64,000 bases of DNA from Octopus vulgaris (GCA_951406725.2 OX597825.1:2170001-2234000), one strand, 5' to 3'; shown: positions 13,711 to 26,579, numbered from the stretch's first letter. Program-made: numbers and translations. The notes: generated by a model from the letters alone, not told the origin.

Positions 13711-15668
13711 AGGCAAAGAGGCAGACATAAAATAATGGCAGCATCGTAATACCATGAAATCCTTCTTATTGGTCCAACTCGCCACCTCTAGTCTGGCAGA
13801 TCAATATGTGTGATATCTTTCGTATTGGTTCCAATGGTAGTATTTGCTTTAGTTTAGTTTAATATTAATAATATTCAAGAGAAATTTCTGGTTTTTGTCC
13901 AAAGGTGGTTTTTATTTCAATCAGTTCCTGTTGTTATCGTTTCCTGATCTTCAAAACTTGTCTGTTGATTAGAGTTACTTCTATTAAATATTTGGTCTAA
14001 TTCCATGTCCTACATCCGTTTAAGCACAATTATTTCACGACAGCGACGACACCGAAATAACAACAGCGAAGAGCATGACGATGACGAGGAGAAGAAAACC
14101 AACAATATGTACCAGGTCAAGTAAGGTCAAGTTAGTTATTGCTTGATAATTTATTTTATTTTGTGACACATCAAGTAACCTACGGATCACTAGGTTTCAT
14201 ACATAAACACCCCAACATATTTTCTCGAGTAGAATATAACGACTAATTAATGGGTGACTTGGAAGTTATTTGCAGCAGATGGACAGATCCTGTTGGGACT
14301 ATGATGTTAGCTTTTGAAAGTTTTATTCTGTGACTATGGATAATTTAATCATTCGGAGTTCACTTGTGATCTTTGAAAATATGTTTGTTTTTTGCCTTTG
14401 ATCGTTGGTCTGATAAAATTTATTTCATTGCAAAGAGAATCGACGTAGACATTTCTCCTGGACAGATATTATGTAATGTTCTCTGTTACCTCAAATATTC
14501 CTAAGAGCTTTTAATTTTAAATATTCTTTTATAAGTTTTTCAATGTATATAACTAAATTATCCTCTAGCGAAGAGAAAGATAAAAAAACTAAACTTTGGA
14601 AATTCTACTTAATCATTAACGAGAGAAACACAGCAGTCAGTGCGATTTAGAATAACTTCCTCAATTTAACTGTTTTCAATTTTAACTTACGTTGAGAAAA
14701 TTCGATTTATTTTCAGCCATTAGATTTTCATCTCAAAGCGAATGACAAAAGAACTGATTATAATTTTACAAGTAAATTTTTGTTTGAATGATTTTATAAA
14801 TTCAATCAAGTCTACGGAATAACAAATAACTATGCATCACTCTTAACAAATATACCGAAAATCCCACCAAAATAAAGAAAAAAAAAACTAACAAACAAGC
14901 AAACAAAAGAGACTTATGGTTGATCATGAAACATATAGTATTATTGAAATATCTAACTACGGTGTATTGAGAAAGATAGCGTGGTACACTTCTATAAAAG
15001 ATATCGCTTTGTAAGGCTAAACCTTAACTTTCTAAGAAATTTGTATTGTTACAAGGCTAATGTCTCTGCAATTACATTGCGCAAGCAGATATTGATTTCT
15101 AGTGAAAAAGATGGACTTCTGACACGAATCTCTTTCAGAATGAGATGAACACTGTTACATCACTCATTATTAATAACTGTTGGCTTTAAATTGTAGCTGT
15201 TTGAGCCAGGCAAGGTAATGAGCGAGCAACGAACAAATGCTTGTCCAGCTTGTCTGTGTTTTACTTATACACAGTTTATCTGGGATTGCATTGTTTGAGG
15301 TTTCAATTTATGCTAATGAATGGGAGCTTATTTTGGGTGATACACAGACTTATCCAAATTTGTTAAAATCTAATTATAATGCTTGCTTTTTTGTATATAA
15401 ATACAAATACATACATACATACACACACAAACACAAATATTCTTTATTGGTTTTATATTAAGAAGAGTAAGAAAATCTCCGAGTATCTCAACAATTTTTT
15501 AAGCCGAACACATAGAGTAAGGTGTTCGCGTCCATTTGGGATAACACTTGGATATTTCCTACTCTTCTTGGCAGGAAATCAATGGTAGCCTTAATTCACA
15601 AATAAAGAAGTTATTTTATTTATCCACAAATGCGGTGTTGAGCACTCATTCCATCGTTCTACATTTAC

Positions 15669-15715
<47 letters not shown>

Positions 15716-15718
<3 letters not shown>

Positions 15719-15930
15719 AATGTGATCGCATGTGTACCGTTGGCGATTTTTTTCCTCTGTCTTCCCTTCTCTGGATCTGTCCTTCTCCTATGATTCCGAC
15801 GAAGAGCTCCGCTCGAAACGTTAAACCCTCCTTCTTTCCTTCTTTCCTGAGCGTCCAATAATACTATACTTGTTTCACGTCCTCGCGTTGTTGTGTTTTC
15901 TCTTTGTGTTTTCATGTTTGGATTAACTAT
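15716..15930 (+). mobile_element. Penelope-like terminal-repeat (pLTR) unit with a hammerhead motif, flanked by (TA)n
   Basis: Contains ccgacga-a-gagc-tcc-gctc-gaaacgtt followed by a T-rich tail ending aactatat. (TA)n lies on both sides. Minimal hammerheads are an established feature of Penelope pLTRs. Confidence 0.6.
15792..15826 (+). ncRNA. Minimal type I hammerhead ribozyme-like motif (U4 to C variant)
   Basis: gatt-CCGACGA-a-GAGC-tcc-GCTC-GAAA-CGTT-aaac: CUGANGA core with one substitution, 4-bp stem II, GAAA, palindromic ACGU stem III, GUU triplet and an imperfect stem I (gatt/aaac). Confidence 0.55.
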
Positions 15931-15982
15931 ATATATATATGTATGTAGTTATGTATGTATATGCATATATCAAATATTCATA

Positions 15983-16130
15983 TAGTTCAGATTTACAGAA
16001 AACAAAATACGAAGACAGGTGAAGGAACAACAAGCAAGTGTTTAACGATCGTGAAGAATGGAAAAGTCTTTGACGTTTCGAGTCTACGCTCTTCGAGAGA
16101 CAGTATTGATGGGAAAATAAAATAAAAACC
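15983..16130 (-). mobile_element. Second pLTR-like unit, convergent with the first, with a degraded hammerhead motif
   Basis: The minus strand reads gtctctcgaagagcgtagactcgaaacgtcaaagac...ttgttttctgtaaatctgaactatat, with the same gaagagc..ctcgaaacgt layout and aactatat end as 15716-15930. Confidence 0.55.
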
Positions 16131-16215
16131 CAGATGTATGTATGTATGTGGAAGCTTTTCTACGGTAACTGCAATGAATTTGCATATATGTTTATATATT
16201 TCCGCAATATCAGTG

Positions 16216-16285
<70 letters not shown>

Positions 16286-16939
16286 GTGTGTGCGTATGTA
16301 TGTATGTATATTTATATAGTGCATGTATGTGGGTACAGAGAAATTGAGAGGGAGATGCAGAAAGATGTAATGTATATTATCAACCGATAAAAAAGCTATT
16401 ACTAATTTTCCCATTTTCAACAAACAGCTGAAAGTTATGAGTAGTTAAACATTTTGTAGAAGACGCTTTTAAATTTTTCATCATCTCTCATAGACTTCCA
16501 AATTCTTCACCAAATTGTAAGTCATTGAGATTGTAACGTCACACTTTTGTTTAGTTTCAGCCTTTAGAGTTAGCTTTTGAAGACGCTCCATCATAAACTC
16601 TACATAATTTTAGCTTATTTTATTAACTTGGCTGCTATTTTCTCCATCTCGATGACTCAAAACATCTTTGTTGAATAATTAAATTCGTATTAAGACCCCT
16701 GTGTTTCCCTCTCGACAAGAGAACTTGTAGAAATCTGAATCTGATCTGTTTGCGTACGTGTCTGTCTGTATGTCTTCCTGTCTTTTTGCCTGTCTGTTCG
16801 TCTGCCAGCCTCTCTCTCCCTCTCTCTTTCTCTCTCCCCTTCTCCACACACACACACACATATACACATATAACTGTCAATGCGTATATATACATACAAA
16901 TATACATACATGTATATGTATATATATCTGCAAATATTT

Positions 16940-17001
16940 TAGGTAGATGATTGTATATATATATAAATATATATATAGACATATATATATGTATGTATGT
17001 G

Positions 17002-17055
<54 letters not shown>

Positions 17056-17197
17056 CTCATCTGTTTATAATACATGCATATACATTTATGTATATCAATA
17101 AATCAATCAATTTATCTATCTGTCTATCTATCTATCTATACACTTATATTTGTATACGCATATATGTACATATATCTATATATGTATATACATTTAA

Positions 17198-17269
<72 letters not shown>

Positions 17270-17315
17270 GCATACACATATCTGTGTGTGTGTGTGTTTG
17301 TATTTGTGTGTGTAA
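16940..17315. repeat. Compound (TA)n/(TC)n/(TG)n microsatellite
   Basis: Directly visible. Confidence 0.9.
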
Positions 17316-17789
17316 GTATATTTAGCCATACAGGCATACATGATATAATTATGTAATTACTCTCTGATGCTTAGCAGCTGTCATTTTCTGTATTGTATAA
17401 AGTAAAAACACAATTGTTGTCTGAATGCAATCAGTAATATTTCTCGTTGAAAAAAAAAAAGTTTCATATTTTAACAGACGGACGAACAAAACTAAAACAA
17501 AACAAACTCTCCAAATCACAATTATACGATCTTTTTCATACAATTGTGATTTTCATTATGTGATCATAAAACGTTTACAACCAATGTTGTGCTCGAAGCA
17601 AATTCTAAGCAATATCTCTTTCAACACAAAATAGCAACCGACTCTTATGATGATTGCAGACGTGGAACCAAACATCTTGCGTGGTTTAGACGATAAACAC
17701 CACGGACTAAAGACCCCTTTCGGTGTTTGAATACTGCATAATGTTCTATGTTGGAATCTTACAGAAGTAGTCTTTGCATTTAAGATATT

Positions 17790-18003
17790 GATTTCAAATT
17801 TTGGTACAAGGCCAGCTATTTTGGAGGAGGGCTTATGTCGATTATATCGACGTTAGTGTTCAATTATTACGTACATTTATCGATCCCGACAGGATGGAAG
17901 GTAAAGTCGACCTGGGCAGAATTTAAATTGAGAACGTACAGAGGGACGAAATGCCGCTAAGCATTCTAACCGGAGTGCTGACGGTTCTATTAGATCGCAA
18001 CCT
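17790..18003 (-). mobile_element. tRNA-derived SINE family A, full-length copy 1 of a three-copy array
   Basis: Colinear with 23582-23780: tttcaaattttggtacaaggccagc...tttatcgatcccgacaggatggaaggtaaagtcgacc...gacgaaatgccgctaagcatt. Confidence 0.9.
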
Positions 18004-18021
18004 TATTTGCTTTAAAATATT

Positions 18022-18215
18022 ACTCTCAAATTTTAGCGCAAGACCAGCGATTTCGGGGGAGGGGTTAAGTTGATGACATGAACTTTGGTGTGCCACAGAT
18101 TGTTATTTGATCGATCCCAAAAGGATGAAATGTAAAGTCGACTTCGATGAAATTTGAAGTCAGAACGTACAGGGTGATGAAATACTGCCAAGTATTTAAC
18201 TGGCGTGCTAATTCT
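18022..18215 (-). mobile_element. SINE family A, copy 2 of the array (head shortened)
   Basis: tcaaattttagcgcaagaccagc...atcgatcccaaaaggatgaaatgtaaagtcgac...aatttgaagtcagaacgtac. Confidence 0.9.
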
Positions 18216-18232
18216 TTTGCCTTTAAAATATT

Positions 18233-18443
18233 ATTTCCTCTTCTAGGCACAAGACTCGAAATTTTGTGGGAGGGGGGCACTCGATTAGATCGACCCCAGT
18301 ACGCAACTGGTACGTAATTTACCGACCCTGGAGGGATGAAAGACAAATCCGACCTCGTCGGAGTTTGGACTCAGAACGTAACAGCAGACGAAATACGGTT
18401 ACGCATTTCGCCCGTCGTTCTAACGTTTCTGCCAGCTCGCCGC
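18233..18443 (-). mobile_element. SINE family A, copy 3 of the array (different 3' subfamily)
   Basis: Same core, but the 3' part reads ctaggcacaagactcgaaatttt...gattagatcgaccccagtacgcaac rather than tttcaaattttggcacaaggccagc. The head on the minus strand is gcggcgagctggcagaaacgttag (A-box-like). Confidence 0.9.
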
Positions 18444-18708
18444 ATTGTTTTGCGTTTAAAATATTGACCCATGACTGTAGTTAGTACAAGTGTATCTTTC
18501 CGCACCTTCCCTGAGTCTGAGCCACAATGATGTTCACCCGTTCAAAGATGATATTTCAACATCTGAACATCAAGCAAATGACACTATTTGTCCGCATCAG
18601 TTTTTGGGAGACAAATAAATAATTAACCGTAGTAGTAGTTATAGTAACATTAGTATTAGTAGTGGTAAGCAGGACTATCTCGAGCATTGTTAATATTCAT
18701 TTGTTTCT

Positions 18709-18837
18709 TAATTCCGCCGTGGTCGACTTTGCTTTTTATCCTCTCGGGGTCAATGAATTGAATACCAATTGGGTGATCGATCTAATCCACTTGGACCCTC
18801 CCCCAAAATTTCTGGCCTTGTGTCTAGGTTAAAAAAG
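18709..18837 (+). mobile_element. 5'-truncated SINE family A copy with target-site duplication
   Basis: ttccgccgtggtcgactttgctttttatcctctcggggtcaat..., flanked by aatattcatttgttt (18692) and aatactcatttgttt (18838). Confidence 0.85.
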
Positions 18838-19484
18838 AATACTCATTTGTTTGTTCTTGTATTGGTACATGTTGGGCCACATTCTTAACTTCACCCTATT
18901 TCTCGCTATCGCTTCTCTCTCTCGTTCTCTCTCTCTCTCTCTCTCCTTCTCTCTCTTTTTTTTCTCACTTACTCGCTTGTCTCTATCTTTCTTTCTCTAT
19001 CTTACTATTTTTCTTCGATTTCTCACGCTCGCTCTTTCCCATCCTTTCTGTCTCTCAGTTCTTCTACATATTTCTCTATATCTTTCCCATTTCTCTCTCT
19101 AATCTTCTCTTTCTCTCACTCTCTGTCTGTGCGTCTCTTTATCTCTCTGTTTCTCTAACTCTTCAATCAATAAAACCACGTTCAATTGCATGTAGACTTC
19201 TACCAAAGAATAACAGTTACAAGTAAAAAACCTCTAAAGCTATAATAACTTGTTGATATTTTAACAATGACCAGTTTTCTATGCTGCATTTTAGATTCTA
19301 CATATTTATTTCAAATAAAAAAGACACCACTATTTCTTCGACGTAGTTTATATTCCTTCCAGAATTGCATACACTGTGGGTTTAATACGAACCTATATCA
19401 AATACTTTAATATATTGTGTTTGGCATTTTAGATATTTTCAATGATATTAAAATAAACATCCTTTCCTTTTTGTCGCTACTGCT

Positions 19485-19862
19485 TAGTCCAACTCAGGTC
19501 CGATCGGTGTTGCATCCATCACCCGCTAGTCTTTTGTATGTCTAGTACAAATTCGTACAACGTGTCCTTTATTTAGTAAAACGTTACGATATGATTTAGA
19601 GGCATAAATGTCAGTCATTCCTAGGAGATGATGTGATCACATAGAAACCCTCTCATTGGCTTGCAATCACTTCTTTGATATTGTTGTCAGCCTTTGATCA
19701 GCTTTGACCAAAGCATTCCCGTCATAACTATTCCAGCATAGTTCATGTATACAGGACTACAAGGACTGCATTCTTCCTTTGCGGTTGTAAAGTGGTTTTC
19801 CAGGAAATTCACTCCAGTTCCTTGCAGGCTGATCATTCATGTACAGGTCTCTTTATTTTGCC
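19485..19862 (+). repeat. Two tandem degenerate copies of interspersed repeat family B
   Basis: 19485-19665 and 19686-19862 share a layout (gatc..cattccc/ccatc..tgta..gtgtcct..gattt..ctagga/ttgcagg..cat(a/g)ta) with 54085-54615 and with the reverse complement of 29245-29430. Confidence 0.45.
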
Positions 19863-20169
19863 ATATTCCCTGAAAGGACTGAGAAGTATTTGAAAGCTAA
19901 CTTAATTATTATAATTTAATTACGTAAAGTGCATTTTATTATTAGATTGATGGAAATTAAACAGAGAATCACTGATTATTCAAATTGACTTCAATTAAAA
20001 GAAGTATCTTGCTTTTTGCAAAAAAATCAAAATCTCCGTTTGTTATCTGAAGCTAACGAGGCAAGTAGAGATTATCGATGTTCGGTTCTCGGAGAAAAGC
20101 AATGATCGATGTAGCAAAACGGGTTTTCGTATTGAAGGTCACATCGTTAACTGAAACATTCCCCTTTTG

Positions 20170-20860
20170 GAAGTGATACTATGTTGTCTAACGTGACGCG
20201 TATTGTTTGAGTGTATGCCTTACTGTTAGATGGGATGTGCTGGTTGGATGGCATTATCTACTGATTCAGATGACGTTATATTCTTGGATGAAATACATTC
20301 ACTGCCATATTGCTCAATGGGCTGCCTTACAATCGAATGGCTGCTTTGCAATTGAACGGAACGATTCACTGTTGCGTTGGCTGTTTTACTGCTGGTAGAA
20401 CAGCTTTCACATAAATATCCACTACCATATTGTTTAGTTGGTTGCCATACTGTTAAGTAGTGTACGTTACGGATGGATTGACTACCATCTTGTTTGTTTG
20501 GGTGTAGTATGGTTGGGTGATATCAGATCTGGAGTTGCCTGCCTTATGCCTCATTTGAACGCTTATCTTTGAGTCGAGGACCTAAGTAACATGTAACATG
20601 CTTCGATCTTGGTTTGTCTCTTGTTGGGCTTACTGCCTTATCGTTGGTTAATATATTTAATTCTTAGATTAACTGCCTTATTAGTCGCTACTTTAGTCTT
20701 ATCTGAAATCCGTAACAGTTAGATGGAGTGGTTTATTCCTTGGATGTCTCCCTGGCTCTTTGATGGTGGATATTATTGTCGGATTGAATACCTTATTGCT
20801 GATTTAGCTGCATTGTAAGTGAATACTGTTGGATTAAACGGATATTGTATTGTATTGACT
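20170..20860. repeat. Highly decayed minisatellite, ~18-19-bp unit resembling ctgccttactgttggatgg
   Basis: Recurring tgccttactgttagatgg, ctgccatattgctcaatggg, ctgccttacaatcgaatgg, ttgccatactgttaag, ctgccttatcgttgg, ctgccttattag, taccttattgctg. Confidence 0.6.
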
Positions 20861-23581
20861 GATTTCCCATGCGACGATATGCAGTCACATACTAAAGAAA
20901 CAAGCAATAATCTTAACCACTTCAATACATATTCCTTCTACAAGAGCTGTACAATTCCTTATTTCACATAAACTTGCTTTATAGGTAATCTCATGCAGCT
21001 ACAGTCTCGCATTTGCCTAAACCTTTCCAAACAACCTGTATCTCATTGCCAACAGTCACTGAATCTGAAGAAAATTACATTCATGAGACATAGCTAAACT
21101 GTGACCGGGATGTGAGTCATCCCAGTTACATAATATGGAACTGTTCACGCTGGAGCATTTTTGAAGCTGAGGTAGTTGTTATAGTATGAGATACTTTACA
21201 GAATGTGTGCCCTACCAGTTAGGAAAAGCCTGCTCTTCTTGTACCTATTAATACATGCCTATGTCTTCACGATCATTCTTTATTTCATGTTATAGCTGAT
21301 ATTATTGACTTTGTATATGGCTACTCATCATCTTGGCTTTTCTCTTGTCTGGATCATTGGATGACGACAGATTGTAGAATCATTGTTTAAAACGCTCTTA
21401 CGATATACCTTCCACAACCTTTTATCCCGTCGTTTGGAATATTTTTTTAACAGTTCAACACAGTTATAATAGAATTGTCAAAAACAAGAAAATTACAAAA
21501 AGCAGCTACTGTTCCCCATCGTCAATAATATTTAAAGCCATGCCAGTGTATAGACCCAGAATTTTCTCATAGAAAAAAAGACAAACGTCCTTTAGACCCA
21601 CTAGGCAACAGTACAGGAATTTAGTATGGCTACGATGATATCCCAGCCACGTAGAATCCTAATCGAATCACATCACACCACCGTACCAACCTGCATATTC
21701 GTTACGCATCATTATTTTAAAAGAAATCACTTATTTAATACTTTATTTTCGATGAACACACTTAGGTAGGCAAAGGTGTACACATACACACAAATCTGTA
21801 TATATATTTAGACAGACATATGCAAGGGTGTGTGTGTTCGTCCATTTATGGATATGTAGAAATACACATACAGAGACATTGCAGATACACAGTTGTACGT
21901 ACGCGGATTTTAAGTATTAGGAAATATTGTTACTACGAAATCATGTATAGTTCTATGTCCGTCCATATGTATGAACAGGAACGCGAACCCTAATTTCCAA
22001 TATCTTTATGCATTTGCCCCTACATGTAGGCATATGTGAATGCATGTGCGTTTGTATGCATATAAATACATGTGTTTGTGTAGATGTGTGTGTGTGTGTA
22101 CGTGTATGTGTCTGTAACATATGTTTTTTTGTGTGTGTGTATGTATGTGCTGCAGGCACTTCTCTGTTGCCTGATCTCCCCTGTATACATATAAACGCTA
22201 ATTATGCTATTGACGAGCTGTGTAACATCACCATTTACCGAAACAAGAAACATACCTATCCTTCCTCTCCCTTCTCGTTGTAATCCTCTTCTTCATGTTC
22301 AAATACTTTCTCAACATACATTCAATATCAATCTTTTCAAAAGTCTCTCCATTCTCCAGTCATATTCCTTTTCAACGATTTCCCTCTCATGAACAAGCAG
22401 CAGATAATTTTTGCTACGTTCTGTTAAAGTTTAGACAAAGAAAGTAGAATATATTCTCCAGCCTCAAAGTAGGTCTCTATTCGAAATGATGATCTCTTCT
22501 TCCCTGTTTACACTTCAACAATGATTACAATTTCTAACAATGGAATAGTTTGCCTGGATTCTATTCTTCTAATTCATTACGTGAGCCATATCTCCGTCTT
22601 CAAGTATAGATTACTGGCTTACTAATCAGTTTGAAGGTATTTTGTAAAGATTATTAGGTTACCCGGTTACATCTCAACATAAATGAATTTTCTAGACGTT
22701 AAAAAATCTCAGCTCTAGAACTAATGAAAAAATGTATTGTGCACAAGAAATCTCTAGATTCTCATAAACTGCTAAATATGGTTTTTGGAATACCTCGAGT
22801 TTTATTAATCAGTATTTCTTTAAATATATAATTGAACATCAGATCATCAGCGACATAGATTTACCATCCGTTTTATTTCTTACGCTTATAATTGTGTTTT
22901 CTTTACTCTGTCGCTAAGATAATGGAATCTAGTTAATAGATGCTAGGAAGATATTTACATCTGTGTCGCAACACTATTAACATCTATAATCTATCTTATA
23001 TATATATGCATGTGTATATATATAAATGTATATGTATGAATATAATGTATAGTTCTAGATGTATATAGTATATGTATAAGCCATGCATATATGTTTGCCT
23101 ATATACACATACACACACAAACGTTGATTCTCTTTCTCACTTTCGTTCAGAGGCAAATATATATAACTGTGACATTATTCTCTCTCGTTTCGAGACGACC
23201 TCATTATTTAATTTGTTTTAACAAAATTGTATTCGCAATATTACAGGCTTCTTAAATTCTATCACTACTTGCATGAAATTATTTGAAATTAAATTATCTG
23301 CAACAATATAGAAATTGTTTAAATGTCATAGCTTCTGCTTACACTTGTTGAAAACCTATATTTCATTGTGCCAAGTAATGTTCACTAAAAAATGATCATT
23401 TTCGACCTATTTGGCGAGTGCTTTTGGAATCCAATTGTATAAAAAATATTGATATTTCAGTTTTGATAAAAAAAAAAATAACTTGAACCCCACCTTTCAT
23501 AGTCAAAAATATTGATGAGGTACGTGAGCAATAACAAGAACAATGATATTAATAATAACAACAATGATAATGATAATAATA

Positions 23582-23779
23582 TTGGTTTCAAATTTTGGCT
23601 CAAGGCCATCAATTTCGGGAGGAATAAGTGGGTCGATTACATCGACCCCCAGTGTTCCGACCCCGAAAGGACGAAATGTAATGTCAACCTCGGCGGAATT
23701 TGAACTAAGTACGCAGCGACAAATTAAATGCCGCCAAGCATTTCACCAGGCGTGCGAACGATTCTGCCAACTCGCCGCC

Positions 23780-23780
<1 letters not shown>
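23582..23780 (-). mobile_element. tRNA-derived SINE family A, inserted in an (AAT)n tract
   Basis: The minus strand starts aggcggcgagttggcagaatcg (A-box-like), then agttcaaattcc (B-box-like), then a central cctttcggggtcg motif, and ends ccaaaatttgaaaccaat. Confidence 0.9.
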
Positions 23781-23846
<66 letters not shown>

Positions 23847-23893
23847 TAATAATAATAATAATAATGATAATAATAATAATAATAATAATAATA
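23781..23893. repeat. (AAT)n microsatellite
   Basis: Directly visible; related aat/aac repeats also lie at 23530-23581. Confidence 0.95.
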
Positions 23894-24234
23894 GTAATAT
23901 GCTTTGATGCTGTAACAAGCACTCACTCTCATGGCTTCTAATCTTAAATTATTGGAAGTGTTGTCATGTACATTGTTTTGTCTTGGTATAAAGATGGTCT
24001 ACAGCAAATATTCTGCTCAATACCACAGATTTGATCGTCAGTTGCTTCACCATAACCAGTTGAACATGTCCCTTAGTGGCCGATGTGCATCTCGGATCAC
24101 GAGCAAAAGTAGTAGGGTTCATTATAGCCATGTGTTGAGAGGAGTTCTTTGGGGTTTGAATAATTCACATCTGGAGACATAGGTGTTCCGTTCAACATCC
24201 TTAAACAATCCTTATTCATTGTCTTTACTGCTAT

Positions 24235-24359
24235 TTATTTTATTGACTTTGAAGGGAGGTAAAGTCGACCATGGCAGCATTTAAACTCATAACGTGAAGG
24301 CGGACGGAATACCGATAAGTATTTTGCCGGTGTGTTATCGATTCTGCTCGCTCACCGCC
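24235..24359 (-). mobile_element. Partial SINE family A copy (head and core)
   Basis: ttattttattgactttgaagggaggtaaagtcgacc...tttaaactcataacgtgaaggcggacggaataccg...gattctgctcgctcaccgcc. Confidence 0.8.
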
Positions 24360-26191
24360 ATAGTCATTAGTTAATATAGATTCCTTTCTCAATACATTAT
24401 GAATTGCATTTATCTAATTCCTATATTTGGTTCTCTGCACAAATACTTTATCAGGTATTTTCCGCAGCGATTTTCAGTTTAGTAGGTTTTTGTTTTTCAT
24501 TTTTATTAGAAAATGAGTCTAAATTGAATATGTGTTAAAATAAAATACCATATATTTGCTGAACAACTTCAAAGTTTTAGATTTTTTGTTACCATTAGGA
24601 AAACCATGATTGAAAGGCGAACTAAAATACTCGTATAATGTGTATAAAACCGAACAAAAATATATGAGCTTACATCAGAAACTACTCCAAACAGAATCTA
24701 CGGCAATCATTTTACTTTAAATGTTCTTCAGCTAATCAGCGAAGCATTGTCTCATCTGTCGTTGGGCTGAAGGCTCTGTTCGTATCTCAATAAAACCTTC
24801 GTTTTATTCCTGCGTTAAACTAATTTTCCATAAGCGTATCATTGGATATTTTGTTCAATTCTTACAGGTGTAAACTTTCTAGCGCTGAAATTTAGATACG
24901 CTACATGTACTACATGTACTACCATGACTTCTCACAAGTGTATATATATATATATCAATCACTGCAGCAAATATTCGTTAAAGAAAGTGTCTAAGTTTAA
25001 GTGACAGTGTACTTATACATAAGGAAATTACTAGCGTACCTTAGTTTATAGATCCTTTGAAAAGCAACTTGAACACCTCTGTTTCTTTGCTCAAATATTT
25101 GAACCAACCTATTTGCTATGCTTTCGCTATTTTGGCAATCAGTTTTGGTTTTACGGCTTACAGCCCCGAACCTGTCTTACTATACAGTGCTTTAAAATAA
25201 CGAAAACCCGGTTCTTATGGTGTAAATTTATACAATTACACTCTGTTTAGGAGTAACACTGTGGAAGTTTCCGTTAATTCAATTTCAGCCGACATTCAGA
25301 AATACGTTGAGAAATGAGATTTCGAAACCATCCTGCTAATATCTGATAATTTGAGCGATGACTAGCGAATGATCGGTCTGCGATATAGATATAATCGTGT
25401 TAAGTTCAGGCGATCAATGTAAATATTATATCCAAATGTGAAGAACGAACTAATCTATTTTGTACTAAAGGACGATGATCTACAACACCAACACTAGTCA
25501 TATCTTGCTAATTTTAGAAACACACAAACGTTTGTTTTACATCACAGACATTGTACAAGAATAGCATTTGGAAGCGATAGTCAAATATTTATAAATGTAG
25601 TTTGCTTTAGAAAATGACATTTCTCACACTTTTAATGGAAATAGTTTTCCATGCTAAAATGTGGTTCCATTATTTAAAATATTTATCTCAATTATTTTTG
25701 ATTATTATCATTGGCTAACTTTATGCCTAGCCTATGAGTAATGCATTTGTATTGCATAGAAGATTTGTATTTTATTAGATACGATGAGAATTCCCATCAC
25801 AGATTGCTCTATTAGCATCGTCATATCGGTAAACTATCGCTTTATTCCAAATGTTTCACGTTTAAATGCTGTTTTCCTTGTTATTTATATCAAGGACGTC
25901 CTTATCAATCAGATTATACCATCAAAAGTACTCCAGCAATTCTGGTTTCAGAGTAATTGTATCATGATCTGAATGCGTCCTTATTTGTTGTTTAAGAAAG
26001 TAAAGCCTCATTTGAAGATATGCAACCGATTTCTACGAAGCAGGGAAACTAAACAAAAGAACATGCATCAGTTCAATGTTTGACTTCTCAGACTTTCACG
26101 AGATAAGATCTTCAGGAATTTGAGGATAATTGAAATAAATGCTAACTTTTGTTGTTGTTGCATCTACCATACCCGTCCAGATGTCACAGGC

Positions 26192-26232
<41 letters not shown>

Positions 26233-26579
26233 AGGAGGAGAGGATGGAGAAATGGCAACAGACGCGGACAACAACGGAAAAAGATGAATCGACTACAATA
26301 TAAGACATTTTATTTGTTTACCCGAAGCGGTAGAAATCAATTTCGACCTCGCTTGGATTGAAACTAAGAGTGCAGACAGACAGACAGACATAATACCAAA
26401 ATAACTATAAGAATGTCTCGCAGCTATCAGAACGTTTAAAGTTATTCACGTATTGCATTCTCCAAAGTATTGGGCTTGGTGGCCACTGGTTGTGGGTTCA
26501 AATCAAAGTGACAGTCATTTGCAGCAGGTAAATCGACGAAAAGCACTCTCGCACTTTAGGCCGTGGTAGTTAGTATATA

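Noticed and set aside
17773-18465. Repeat-spacer pattern resembling a CRISPR array
   Set aside because: The spacers are ~200-bp homologous SINE copies, the repeats are ~17-bp AT-rich TSD-like motifs, the context is eukaryotic and there are no cas genes.
21169-21230. let-7-like start tgaggtagttgttatagt (also tgaggtagta at 35769)
   Set aside because: Only the first 9-10 nt match let-7, and no properly paired star arm follows at either site.
23925-24218. Block that looks like an abundant interspersed repeat
   Set aside because: No second copy in the window and no diagnostic motif, so it cannot be supported from the sequence alone.
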